64,000 nt of DNA from Laetmonice hystrix (Eukaryota), in NCBI GenBank assembly GCA_965235115.1, contig OZ249446.1, forward strand, positions 15,996,001-16,060,000. Reading direction: 5' to 3'. The notes under the pieces were generated by a model. That model saw nothing but the letters and a program-made list of their open reading frames with translations, was not told the origin of the DNA and made no database searches. The translations under genes were made by a program, and so were the position numbers. Of the stretch, positions 48,501 through 61,516 are shown piece by piece. The first letter of the stretch is position 1. Each line of letters opens with the position of its first letter.

Positions 48501-50403
48501 AGAATGACTGTGACATGAAACCAGCATAGATCTTTCCGGATCTCGCACGCAGAGAGACCATACCTCATCATTCTGGAGAAATAGCTGTACGTCTACACCC
48601 CCTTTCATGTGCACTTTGCTTAAATTTCAAAGAATACTTTGCATTAGGACCTTCATCGTATGTAGGCTTACATGCATATGCCTGTATTACTTTATGGGAT
48701 CTAATCTACTTTCAAAGTCCAGAGTGTTTTTGAAGTTCCACCGATATGTGGTGTACAGAATTTTGAAAAGGTTTTTTTTCCAGGAAAAGGATGGTACTTT
48801 AGCCCGGGAAGGACGGGCCGACCAAATGATCGGTTTCCAATAAGATATATGCTTTCTTTGTGATCTGATAGGAAGGGATTTGGAGTCCAAGTTTTACCCC
48901 AGAGTCAGTTACAGCTTTCTATGACTCTGCGTCTATTGCACTTCTGAAAGAAAAACATGAAGTTTGTCCATCAACCAATCAGCTACAAATAGCATTTCCT
49001 TTGTAGCCTGTTCATGAATACGTTAGCGGAATTACATTTTCTGAGAGTGGCCCCACAATTGAGAAAGATAGATACGTACACCTTTTAATTCCATACTTAT
49101 TCGAGAATATTTACAAACACAGGCAGTACAGCGCATGTTTACATTCCCAAATTTAGATGTCCCTTTTCTCAGTGCCTCTTCAGTGTTTTTAAGCGTTATG
49201 CAGACTTTGTGTGCAGGTGTTGGCCTGTTTCCTGTCTCAAACATAACGTTGCACGAGGCTTGCATGTACAAGATGAGAGGTTAGGGTGAGGCCATCATCA
49301 TTTCCATAGAAGCGCGTGAAATTAACATTATTTTGCGAGGTCCCCAAAGTCTCAAGAAATAAGCCAACTAAATTACAATGCATTAAGAAGTTCGCTATTT
49401 GCTTCAAGTATGAGCAGAGATTTCTGTACAAACGGCAAGATATCCGCCAAACGCTTTCTTTCGTACGCATAGGTTTAATTGACTAGAAGACTTCGATTCA
49501 TTCTTGGCATTGTTTTTAGCCGCGATGGCAGACACAGTCCTATCCAATGCAATCCCTAACATCCAAAACGGCGCCCTAAAATGGTAAATGGGATGTGTGC
49601 AATCTGTGACAAATCCCGAAAGGCCTGTTAAGAAAAATGGTGATTCCAATGACAAATGGCCATAATAATGTTATCATTGTGTGTCATTCCATTTAAACGA
49701 AATATCTCATCATCAAAATGGCTAAAGGAGTCAAAAATACGCGTCTTTGACAGCTTCTCTCAAAATGCCTTCATCTGGGCGTTCATCTGGGTGGTAAGAT
49801 GTGGTCACGGAGTTCTTTGAATCTACCTGCCTGCCCTAACCTTATTGTTGAATTTCAATCATACCCTCTGGCCTTCGATTAGAGAGACAGAGGGGATGGC
49901 CACGGCGGACGATTATACCCTCTTTGATAAGACGGCAAAAGATATGTCTCATCAACCTCTGCATCTTATCCTATTGTGGAACAAAAGAACTGAAATATCA
50001 TCGGTATAACAAAGACAATGGGCAGATTAAGAACCCCGCTTGGGACAGTCGATTTCTGCCGGGTTACCAAAGGGAAACATCATATTGATATCCTTTCTAT
50101 AACTCTCCACCCTCATATTTAATACCAATGGTGGCTTCCTGGTCCGCATGATCCAACGACCTACGTACATGTGGCTACCACCGCATTATGTTTTAAAGGC
50201 CAACTGCAGTAATATGGAACACATGCCGATACAACCATAGTTAAAGGAGACCATCAATTGATACAGCACAATTTCCAGCTGAGTATTGACTAACGATTGG
50301 TCAGTCCATACAATGATATCCGTACAGCCTTGCGAGCTGAATTGAAATTCGTAATGACCTGGTTTGGATTATGGCGGTATCGTGCGGATTTATGGCAAGC
50401 CGA

Positions 50404-50885
50404 CAATGTTCATGTTAAGTAAGATCTGTCGACATGTATCATTGCTCAGCCTGCAATGGTCATGTTAAGTAAGATCAGTCGACATGTATCATTGCTCAGC
50501 CTGCAATGGTCATGTTAAGTAAGATCAGTCGACATGTATCATTGCTCAGCCTGCAATGGTCATGTTAAGTAAGATCAGTCGACATGTATCATTGCTCAGC
50601 CTGCAATGGTCATGTTAAGTAAGATCTGTCGACATGTATCCTTGCTCAGCCTGCAATGGTCATGTTAAGTAAGATCTGTTGACATGTATCATTGCTCAGC
50701 CTGCAATGGTCATGTTAAGTAAGATCTGTTGACATGTATCATTGCTCAGCCTGCAATGGTCATGTTAAGTAAGATCTGTCGACATGTATCATTGCTCAGC
50801 CTGCAATGGTCATGTTAAGTAAGATCTGTTGACATGTATCATTGCTCAGCCTGCAATGGTCATGTTAAGTAAGATCAGTCGACAT
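50404..50885. repeat. 50-bp minisatellite, about 9.6 copies
   Basis: CAATGGTCATGTTAAGTAAGATCWGTYGACATGTATCATTGCTCAGCCTG with exact 50-bp period (CATGTTAAGT at 50411, 50461 ... 50861). Confidence 0.95.
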
Positions 50886-51754
50886 GGCACGACCTGCCAT
50901 GTCAGAGGTTTCCAGTAGTCGGTATATAGTTCCCCATGTTCGTGATGGCTTTTTGTGCTCTGACTTTATGTTGTACTACACTACCTAAAAATAGCCACTT
51001 TGCTACTATATGACACTGCATGTGAGGAGCTATACATGCATGTTGTAAAGTCACAGCCATTGGATTTTAAAGTGAGTCTGGAGTATGATGTACAGGTACT
51101 ATTATTGGTTAAGGCAAGGCATATATCAAGGAAACTATTATAGATAAGATAGATTTCATCCAGGGAATCGTTGATGATATCCCTGAGGCTATGGAAGTGG
51201 CTTACGGGTATGGTTGGCCGACAGCTTGAGAAGGGGCAGGTGTGGAGCGAGATTCAGACACTGAGAACAGATGGGTAGTTTACACAGTGCTTCCTAATGA
51301 CATAGACCTACCGCTCCCGGACGGCTTGGAAACCGCAGAAACGAGCGTAGAAATCGCCTGCAAACAAGTAGCCAGACCAAACCACAGGCAAGCAATCACA
51401 AGCAAATTCAGACATCGATGTTTTATTGATATAAAATAATGTAAATATCAACCGATTGAATGATATTTTGGTTCAAATCCGAATTAGTTCGATTTTTTCT
51501 TGCTCCCACGAAAATTGCTCTGGTCAATCCAGTCATGTCAGGCAAACGGATATCGAACGCCGGAGTATTGCAGATTGACCTTTGGTGACCCGGCACGCAA
51601 GGTTGTCCTCTTACCGGTGAGAGTAGCAAAAGATTCCCGATTTTATTGCAGACATAAAGTTCGGACAATGCTACAAATCCCACGCCATGAAGGTCCAACA
51701 AGACAAGTCCGTGCCAAGCAGCTCGCATACACGTGCAGTTTCCTACATGACAGC

Positions 51755-53361
51755 ACTGGTTCCAACCGACAGGAAAGGACAGGACTGGTTCCAACCTACA
51801 AGATAGGACAGAACTGGTTCCAGCCGACAGGAAGGGACAGAATTGGTTCCAATCTACAAGATAGGACAGAACTGGTTCCAACCTACAGGATGATACGACC
51901 GGACTGGTTCTAACCTACAAGATAGGACAGGACTAGTTCCAACCTACAAGATAGCACAGAACTGGTTCCAACCTAAGATCATAGGACATGACTGGTTCCA
52001 ACCTACAAGATAGGACAGGACTGGTTCCAATCTACAAGATAGGACAGAACTGGTTCCAACCGACAGGAAAGGACAGGACTGGTTCCAATCTACAGGATAG
52101 GACAGGACTGGTTCCAATCTACAAGATAGGACAGAACTGGTTCCAATCTACAAGATAGGACAGAACTGGTTCCAATCTACAAGATAGGACAGAACTGGTT
52201 CCAACCTACAAGATAGGACAGAACTGGTTCCAACCTACAAGATAGGACAGAACTGGTTCCAACCTACAAGATAGGACAGGACTGATTCCAATCTACAAGA
52301 TAGGACAGGGCTGATTCCAATCTACAAGATAGGACAGAACTGGTTCCAACCTACAGGATGATGCGACCGGACTGGTTCCAATCTACAAGATAGGACAGGA
52401 CTGCTGGTTCCAACCTACAAGATAGGACAGGACTGGTTCCAACCGACAGGAAAGGACAGGACTGGTTCCAACCGACAGGAAAGGACAGGACTGGTTCCAA
52501 CCTACAAGATAGGACAGAACTGGTTCCAACCTACAAGATAGGACAGAACTGGTTCCAACCTACAAGATAGGACAGAACTGGTTCCAATCTACAAGATAGG
52601 ACAGGACTGGTTCCAACCTACAAGATAGGACAGAACTGGTTCCAATCTACAAGATAGGACAGGACTAGTTTCAACCTACAAGATGATGCGACCGGACTGG
52701 TTCCAACCTACAAGATAGGACAGGACTGGTTCCAATCTACATGATAGGACAGGACTGATTCCAATCTACAAGATAGGACAGAACTGGTTCCAATCTACAA
52801 GATAGGACAGGACTGGTTCCAATCTACAAGATAGGACAGGACTGATTCCAATCTACAAGATAGGACAGAACTGGTTCCAACCTACAGGATGATACGACCG
52901 GACTGGTTCCAACCTACAAGATAGGACAGGACTAGTTCCAACCTACAAGATGATGCGACAGGAATGGTTCCAATCTACAAGATAGGACAGAACTGGTTCC
53001 AACCTACAGGATGATACGACCGGACTGGTTCCAACCTACAAGATAGGACAGGACTAGTTCCAACCTACAAGATAGGACAGGACTAGTTCCAACCTACAGG
53101 ATGATGCGACCGGACTGGTTCCAACCTACAAGATAGGACAGAACTTGTTCCAATCTACAAGATGATAGGACCGGACTGGTTCCAACCTACAAGATAGGAC
53201 AGAACTGGTTCCGATCTACAAGATGATAGGACCGGACTGGTTCCAATCTACAAGATAGGACAGGACTGGTTCCAATCTACAAGATAGGACCGGACTGGTT
53301 CCAATCTACAAGATAGGACAGGACTAGTTCCAACCTACAGAATAGGACCGAAATGGTTCCA
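51755..53361. repeat. 29/32-bp minisatellite, about 54 copies
   Basis: ACTGGTTCCAAYCTACAAGATAGGACAGR with interspersed 32-bp variant (...CTACAGGATGATRCGACCGG) and a CGACAGGAAAGG variant; no unique spacers. Confidence 0.95.
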
Positions 53362-56300
53362 GCAGTGCATCCATTCTATGCCGCACTGTACCTCCAGATC
53401 CCCACTACCGTTAACTGATATCAATTCAGAATTTACGGGTGCACCCAACATCCGGTGAAGGGGGTGCTTCAGAGAGGGGCCCCCAGAATGAGAGATAGTC
53501 CGTCACAAAAAGGGGAGGGGGTTACTGCATGTACCCCATGCACTCTCAGCACCCTCTGTACCCCGCCCCTCTAGATCTGTCACCGCAATTCATACACCGT
53601 TTGGACAGTGGTTGATTGATATCTCAGTCGGGAAAGCTTGGCCAGATGTAACAGGATACGGCCATTCTATCCGGGGCTGCTGTTCTTGCAGTTGATGCTG
53701 CTGTTCTTGCTGAGCACTGCTGGAGTGGCGATGCATGCTACACCGTACTGACATGCAAGTTGGTGATTATCAACATTGTCAACAAAGAGAAATGTCATTT
53801 TTTGAAATAAGATTTTAGGTTTTTGCGTCGCTACCTGTTTGAAGAAAATAACCTGTCGCTGCTCTAAAATTCTATGGGTGATTTCTTGGTACTCAATGTT
53901 TAAAAATACTAAAACCACCCATCAATTGAGATTTTGAATCACGCATGACAAGAAAGATTACTATTACTAAGACATAAAGTATATATTTGCGGCAACCCGA
54001 CCTTATAGGTAGGGCCTTTATAAAAATTCATAGCTTCTCTGCTTTATACTCCTCTCGGAAGGTTTTTTTTAAAACCTGGAGAAAATTCTTGACCATGGAG
54101 AAAGTTGTTGTCTTGATTGCTGCAAGAACAGTACACAATGCCTCGGCAAACTCGGCCTCGTGAATTGGTAAACATCTAAGGAGAACATTATGCTGGATTG
54201 ATGTGTTATTCTCAGTGTACTATACATATTAGAATCTATCAGGCGACAGCGTGTATATATATATTCTACATATTTCAGTTGACGTGCAGGGTCACATGTT
54301 AATCACACCAGTCGTTATGAGCTCTCGACCCTTCGGGTGTAGCGGGGGGCTTCTAATTTGCTCTCTGTCCATACGGCTTGGCAGCCATATTGAGAAGAAA
54401 ATCACATTTCAGGTCATATCTCAGAACTTATTCCGCCGTTTCCTTTCAAATAGACACAAATAAAGAGCAGGGCAGGGCAATGCATGGATGCGTTTATTTT
54501 TAGTTTGAACAAAATTTGACCTAATGGAGGCTACATTTATTCCGTTGACCCCCAAGCAAAGCTCAAAGATCTATATCTCAAAAGCCGTGCATGTTAGGCA
54601 TAAGGTTACTATTCAATACGACTTGCCAGTCATATGACACGTATAAAAATGGATAAAACGCAACACACGGCACGGGGTTGTAGAAGCCGTGTGTCCTGCC
54701 TCGTATGTATCGGGGACGAAGGGATCAAAATATTGAAAATATGGTTGATTAGTATTATGTTGGGGATATGACTTCTACGAAGTCTTGTTTTTAATGGTAG
54801 GCCTACTTACTGGTGGCCGGAGACACAGTCATGTGAGAAAGACATCATCAGCTCTCGCTATGTTCTTGTCACTGCTCGTCTGTCGCCTCCCTAACGGGCT
54901 TGCTGTGACCTCGGCCTAACGCTCAGATCTCTGCGATCGTACGGACCTTATCTAGCACAGACAGTTGGAGTGAAATAATACGCGGGACACGTATTCTCTG
55001 ATTAATTTGGCGAACAAATAGCGGACATATTGATGGGTAAATATGACAATTGTTATCGGCCACTGCGAGCGGCGAACAGAAAACGTACGATCAATGGTCG
55101 CGCGATCGAATGTCGTTCGCTTTAGCCTCGACAAATGAGGGACAGCGACAACGTAAAACGTGGGGAGGAAAAAGGCAGTGGGCAAGGCAGGTGGGTGGGT
55201 GGGTGGGGGGGGGGGTGGCGGCAAGACGGGTGTCTGCGGGGCCTTGGTGGAGGACAAAGTGTAACTAATCGAAACATCAGTAAGGGATGATCAATGTATG
55301 GACGGAGATAAATATAACAGATTATGAGGGCGCGTGTATCTCGGCGTGTACGGGTGGGCAGGCTCGGCGTGTGTTTCCTTATATGAGATCACAATATTAT
55401 GTGGTCATGAGTTGGTGTTTGCATGTATGCATGGATGCAATCACGCACGAGTAGCTTGCATGCCCACGGACACAAGCCCTATACAGTTTGTATATAATAT
55501 GTGCGTGTACATCCACGCATACATAATACATACAGATACATATTCAAACACAAGTCATGTACACACACAAATACCTACATATCGAGGGGAAAACAGATGC
55601 GGGGAAGGAGAACCCTAACCTTTTTTCTGGGAGAAAAATATTCGCAAAATAATTCCATCAAAGAGCATCATACCTGGCCTTTTGTTAAAGTCCCCCGCCA
55701 CCCGCCACCCTCCGCCCTCTTCCCAATGGATGGCAATGGTTGGTTCGCACCTATAGGAGTTACATGTCCGTTTCACACCTGTCTGTGATGGCTACCCAAT
55801 GCACGTCCCTCAATCTATCATCGAGGCCTACAACAATGTGGGCATTCACTGGCTACAGAAGTCGATAGACCTTGATATCCACCTGATCACGCTCCCGGGC
55901 TGCATGCAATACGCCGCGATCACTTAAACACTAACTGATACAAACAGAGACGTGCACACAACCAAACCCTCCACCCCAACCTCCCAGTCTGGATCTGCTG
56001 CCAAGCTTTAGACAAATCTATATGGTAGGTCTCGGTCAACACTACTGAGACAAGAAAATTGGACCTCTAAATTAAATGCGATATTTCAACAGGAATGTCA
56101 GTTTTTTGTCACATTTATAGTTATGCCATTGAAATCGCGGCCAATTTAAGGGATAATTGATTTGTGAAAGGAATTGGCTGTCGTGCCAGCGTACATTTGT
56201 AAGTGATTTGAATGCTGCGTGCCTAGAGTGGCCCCGGTCATATTTGAACTTCATCGAATCGATCAGAACACACGTGTCTGCGAGGTGAGATATGAATCCT

Positions 56301-56519
56301 AGCGAGCTTCTTGAATGAAAGGAAAATAATGCTTTAGATAGATCATGTCTCGATGTTTCTCTCTATAGACCCGTCTGACGCCAGCCCAACTAATGCAATC
56401 CTCGGCCATCACAACACAGCTTTAACACCCAGCATTCACAGTACACGAATTATCGCTCGGCCGCAGAGTTGTCCGAAACGAGAGTCCGACTTTCGGAATT
56501 TGAGTCGGCTCATGTTCCT

Positions 56520-56620
56520 TGACGTTAATATTACGTCATTGAGAATGGTAAGAGTACGTCACGTTGACACGTCATCCGATGACGTACTCCACGGTCTCGG
56601 GATAGGGTTTCCATGGCAGC
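56520..56620. promoter_or_regulatory. CRE-like (TGACGT/ACGTCA) cluster plus RFX X-box-like site
   Basis: TGACGT at 56520 and 56580; ACGTCA at 56533, 56556 and 56569; GTTTCCATGGCAGC at 56607-56620. Confidence 0.4.
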
Positions 56621-59600
56621 ACTGCCGGCAGGGGGTGACGTTTGCCCGGGCTAGATTGTAAATGCAGTGGATATGGGAATCAATTAGCTCCTAAATAGGA
56701 CTTGGACAAAGGGACTCCCCAGTCCAGGCGATCTACTATAGGGACGAGCGAAGGCCACATGGTCACTATCGCTCTTTATGGCAGCGACCACGCGCCAACC
56801 GCTATAGCTCAGCCGTTTGACATCCTATTCACACCACGCGCCAAGCGTGTTCGAACGCCAATATTTGATGAAGGCATTCCCCGGAAAGCCTTTAAAACTT
56901 GGGAAGAGGGGTCCCCTTTCCCTGTCCATTGAGGCATTGGCTGACTGTGTGAGGAAAAAGGCATCATTACACATCAGTATGTGGGCTTGGGTGCCGCGGG
57001 GGAGAGGATTTATCCTTGATGATAATGAGCAACGATGGCGACCACACTCAGTTCTGGTTCACTTGAGATCAACGCCCGTTCTTGGTAACCTTAGCTACAA
57101 TGCCATAGATAAAGAAAGAAAGCACCAACTGCCCTTCAATACGTGGTTCATCTAGTCCCGCTACGACACGTGCCCGATAAATATAGGAATTCTCGGTATT
57201 ACCAGCCACAGCGTCGTCCTTGGACCCAGTACATACGATTCTCCCAACCATCTCTCTATACATTAGTTATTTACATACACTCACACAGTCCTCATGGCTC
57301 TGGGGCGCAATCCAGTCGTCATAACCTTGTCTATTTAAGAGATGTTATATATGTGCGCTATAGGTCAAACGACGCATCCTCCTCTAGGCATGCGCTATAT
57401 TTGAGGGTGGACGGATATACATGTAATTATAGTCTGGTAATATACAAAGAAGCGCCAGACACATAGGCCTAGTATCTAGCATCACCATTTGGCATAATCC
57501 ATACCTATTATACATACTTTTCGCCCCAAGTATATTAATTTTTCCTTTCATTTTCTTTTCATTGATCATTTTTCCTTTTCCTTTTTATGTAGGTACGCCT
57601 GGTAATATAAGTGAATCATTAATTTTCTTACAACATTGTTCTAAGAGAGAGAGAGAGACAGCGAGCGGGTGGAATGGTAATATTAGCAATAATATATAGA
57701 CTCATTCAATTCCCAGGGACAGACTGTTACAACGGTAGAGTACAAATCATAATCACCTGAAGGCTTGGCCCCTATGGTAGCAACATAAAATCTAAATTAT
57801 CTATGGACACGGGCAATAGGAGTCCATAAAGATGTTACTAATGGCACAGGGGCATGGAATCACGCTCCGAACAACGTCCTTAATAAGACGTGAGATCCGT
57901 ATTTTTGTAAGGCGCAAATGGAGCGTTCAATGTGATAGATGCTGGGAGAAGTGACAAGGTCCGTGATGTCGGCGGCAACTCGTGGTAGATACCATCGGCC
58001 CAAGTCGCCCGAAGGCACTAACAGAGACAACCTATAGATAGGGGAGCGTTCGCTTTAATACATCCATATGGATCTCTTGGCCCATCTTTCATTTCGATCC
58101 CAAGAGGGAAATGGGGATCCATTATGCTGTTTCTTAGAAAATATGGAGATCAATTCGCCCGTATCGTTATTTGGATCGTGTCTGTAGACATTATCGGCTG
58201 CCGGTGGACGGTTGACTTGAAGTGGTGACAATATGTGGAAGACGTGAAGCTAGCTTAATTTGCATTCTAATTATCACATGAGGCCTCCTGATAACGCCCT
58301 CTCACCGGGACCCGTATGTAAAACACACACCATGTTTTGCGCCCGTTTTGACAGGTGAAGACATCCAAAGTATCATTGTACTGATATCGATGACGGATTT
58401 TCCTTTCGGCTGTTTTCAGCGGTAATGGCGTTTAAATACGGCGCAGCGCACGACGTGGTTTTTGAATGACGCAAGACGCAGTGGTCGTGTGAAGTGACAC
58501 GTCACAGCGTCCCTATTTACACGTCACGTCGATGCATCGGCTTCTCTCTCAGAGATGTCAGCCTCGCCACCCAGGCAAGGTCGCCCCCAGGACCACCAAA
58601 ACCAACACCCAGCAAGAGATGAGACGCCATGGTCTGTCGCCAGCAGGCAGTATTCTGGTCTATATACCTATACTGGTGCAAGATCTCATGGGCCAGAACC
58701 GACAATGTCTTTGAGCCATCGACCTCTGCTGGAGTCCTAGCCCTATCCCCGTATCGTTTCATAAGATTACGAAGATCAAAGCACGCATGTCTTATCCAGA
58801 CATGCTCAGGCGATTATCTCAGAGGGGAAAATAATGCAACGCTAACTAGATTAAATAAATGAGATTGGACCAAAGACTTCGTTTGAACGACGGGACAAAC
58901 ACAGGATGATACTATGTGATGACAAAGATATTAAACATCAGAGACTAACCGGTATTAAAATGGTCTCTGAGAAAAGGTTCACGGACGATGTAGTGACCTA
59001 TGAGGTCATGCATTATTAAGTGTGACCAAGATATACATGTATAAAATTAATTTATCGTTGACTGTAAGCTTATAATGATTTGTCAATTGTGTAGGCCTGC
59101 CCATTATTTTGCAGCTGTCCGCAGTTAGAATCATTACTGACATTATCACGAGATATGATAGTTATATCTGCATGATTCTGGCTTCAGACATTTTCAAGTT
59201 AAGACAGGACCATAATTGGAGAGGCGTAGCGCTATATATTTCTTATGATGTTAATATTGATATTACAGTATGAGGAAATGGTTTAGTGTTGCATGTGTTT
59301 TTTTAATTGTATATCTTTCAGTATCATAATTATCGCAGTGATTTGGCGCCGTCTTTCCTGTGGAGATACAAGAATACCCGCCCACATGTATTCATAGTTC
59401 GTTAACCTGTGATCTGATACATGTCAGGCCACATGTGCGCCATCTATCGGTGCGGAGGCGTATTGTACTCGGAACTCCCCGGTCATTTACGACTTTTCAC
59501 ATTGTCCTGTGTACACAGAATGGTGCAAGTAAATCTACGCATATATGATAATTGATGGAAATGGTCGATGAATTCCGAATGAACTGTTGTAGGTTACCTG

Positions 59601-59630
59601 CCCGCCATCTATGCGTGGAACTATGCGGCT

Positions 59631-59685
59631 GTGTGGGTGTGGGTGTGGGTGTGGGTGTGGGTGTGGGTGTGGGGAGGGGTGTGGG
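59631..59685 (+). repeat. (GGGTGT)n microsatellite
   Basis: Seven GTGTGG units followed by GGGGAGGGGTGTGGG; nine G-tracts in total. Confidence 0.9.
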
Positions 59686-61407
59686 TGCAGTGATCTCCAT
59701 CAGGCCAGGCGGCCTATACCAAACAGGATCCGTGGCAATGATTCATAATTCAACGAACAGTTCCTGGGACAGCTCCCACATCAGTCTTCGATCATTAAAT
59801 CTGATTTCCGCTGACTGGGTATTAGCGACATTTTTCTTCTGTCCCTAAATCAACGAGCAATTCGATAAGACTAACAGCATCTTGCAATTTTCAATATTTC
59901 TAGAAGGAAAACAGCACCGGAATTATATAGAGCACGTGCCTATCCTCCTCATTACTTGTGATACATTATCGATACAATATGGGCCAAGTAAAATTGTATG
60001 TTGGTTGATGTTTCACTGCGAGTTTCGAGGACCAGTAACATTGTTTAATGGTGAATAATAGGTTTCCTAATTGGAAAAGGTCCAGACTCTCCATGAACGC
60101 TAGATCACTAACAAGCACACTACTTTGAAATTTTCCTACCGCAATATGATGTATGGAAGGGAATTTTACACAACATTGGCTTCACGTACGTAAAGAGATC
60201 TATCTATGGGGGAGTGTAGCTCTTTAAACTTCCATAATAGTGTTCCAAGACCGACACACAAATCGCCATTCCCAGCCTGATGCTCCTCGCCGTCGGCCGA
60301 GGAAGTTAGTGAAGATTTGCGATGCTCTTTACTTGGAATGACACGAGCGTGTATCATTATATTTCTGGGCAAACCTAAGTGCTGGGAGAGCGTGATATCA
60401 TGCATACTAGATTGGCGGGACCGTTTTGAACCTGAAAAATCTTTCAGCCTTGATAGAAGCTTGAGCAGCGGCCTTTAATCTTCCCGCAACAAGAGTGATT
60501 TTCCCTGAGCATCTTTTCCCACTTTCACCGTTATTGGCCCATAAGAACTTGTTATGATGAATCCGTTATAATAACTAGTTGCCGAATTAAAACATGGTGG
60601 AAACTTAATTATCGGCATAAACCGCACGGGAACAGCGCCCCTAGTGGTAACACGCAGCACGATCCCACTTGGCAAAAAGAGACTTAAATGTAAATTAAAT
60701 TGACTCTAGGCGGTTCGAAGTCAGACCAGACCTGAGAAAGATGAAGTCATCATGTCCTTCTCGACACTGGCACTAGATGGAGCTTTATGTACAGTGCCCG
60801 ACTTAGTCCTATAGGAAAGCTTGTGTGCGTTCTCTAAATTAGACCAGTTACTATGCTATACCCATGGCCTGCCAAGTCGCCACACCTATACCCAATGTAG
60901 ACAATTAATTATTCCAATATCACTTGGAAGTTGTAGGATAGAATCTCATAGTTTATGTTTGGACTTTATCTGCCAGCCTTGTGGACGCCATGCATTAATG
61001 TAAGGAGACGGAAACGTTAGTCCAAAAGAAGGTGTTTTACTGTTGTAAACATACACTATAACTAATTTGTTTACACGAGTGCCAGTTACCAGATTTGTCA
61101 ATTGGACAATTCTGTAGACTTCCAGTCTAATATAATACAATGAATACTGCATGTCCATTAAATTATACGCAAGATCGATTGGTGTCACTAAAGTTTTATT
61201 TATATTTCATGAATCGGACGTCGGCACTTTAATCTGAATAATACACTTGCATCAGGACTCTTTGTCGATGCCTGTATAGGCTTAAAATCAGTTGAGAAAT
61301 GTATTGATAATTATAAATATGTAGGCAGAAATAGGCTGCAAGTGTCGGCATAATTACATAGGCATATGTATAGGAAAACCAGAAAACGCAGCTTTTGCGG
61401 ATGCATT

Positions 61408-61516
61408 CTATGGAGTATACTACACATGTATGCGCGGTGAAATACTATGGAGTATACTACACATGTATGCGCGGTGAAATACTATGGAGTATACTACACA
61501 TGTATGCGCGGTGAAA
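61408..61516. repeat. 37-bp tandem repeat, 3 copies
   Basis: CTATGGAGTATACTACACATGTATGCGCGGTGAAATA starts at 61408, 61445 and 61482. Confidence 0.92.

Noticed and set aside
50200-50400. Minus-strand peptide QVITNFNSARKAVRISLYGLTNR, reminiscent of PLD/Zucchini N-terminal strands
   Set aside because: Followed by a stop, with no HKD motif in any nearby frame; likely coincidental.
50404-53361. CRISPR-like appearance of the 50-bp and 29-bp arrays
   Set aside because: Units are head-to-tail with no unique spacers, no cas genes are nearby, and the context is a eukaryotic intron or upstream region.
53640-53745. Signal-peptide-like LLFLQLMLLFLLSTAGVAMHA on + strand
   Set aside because: Wrong strand for the receptor, no upstream in-frame ATG, stops after a few codons, and derives from a short CTGCTGTTCTTG duplication.
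60633-60647. CTCF-like CAGCGCCCCTAGTGG (also GGCGCCCCCTACGG near 8933)
   Set aside because: Each has a one-base indel relative to the core CTCF spacing, so neither is a proper match.
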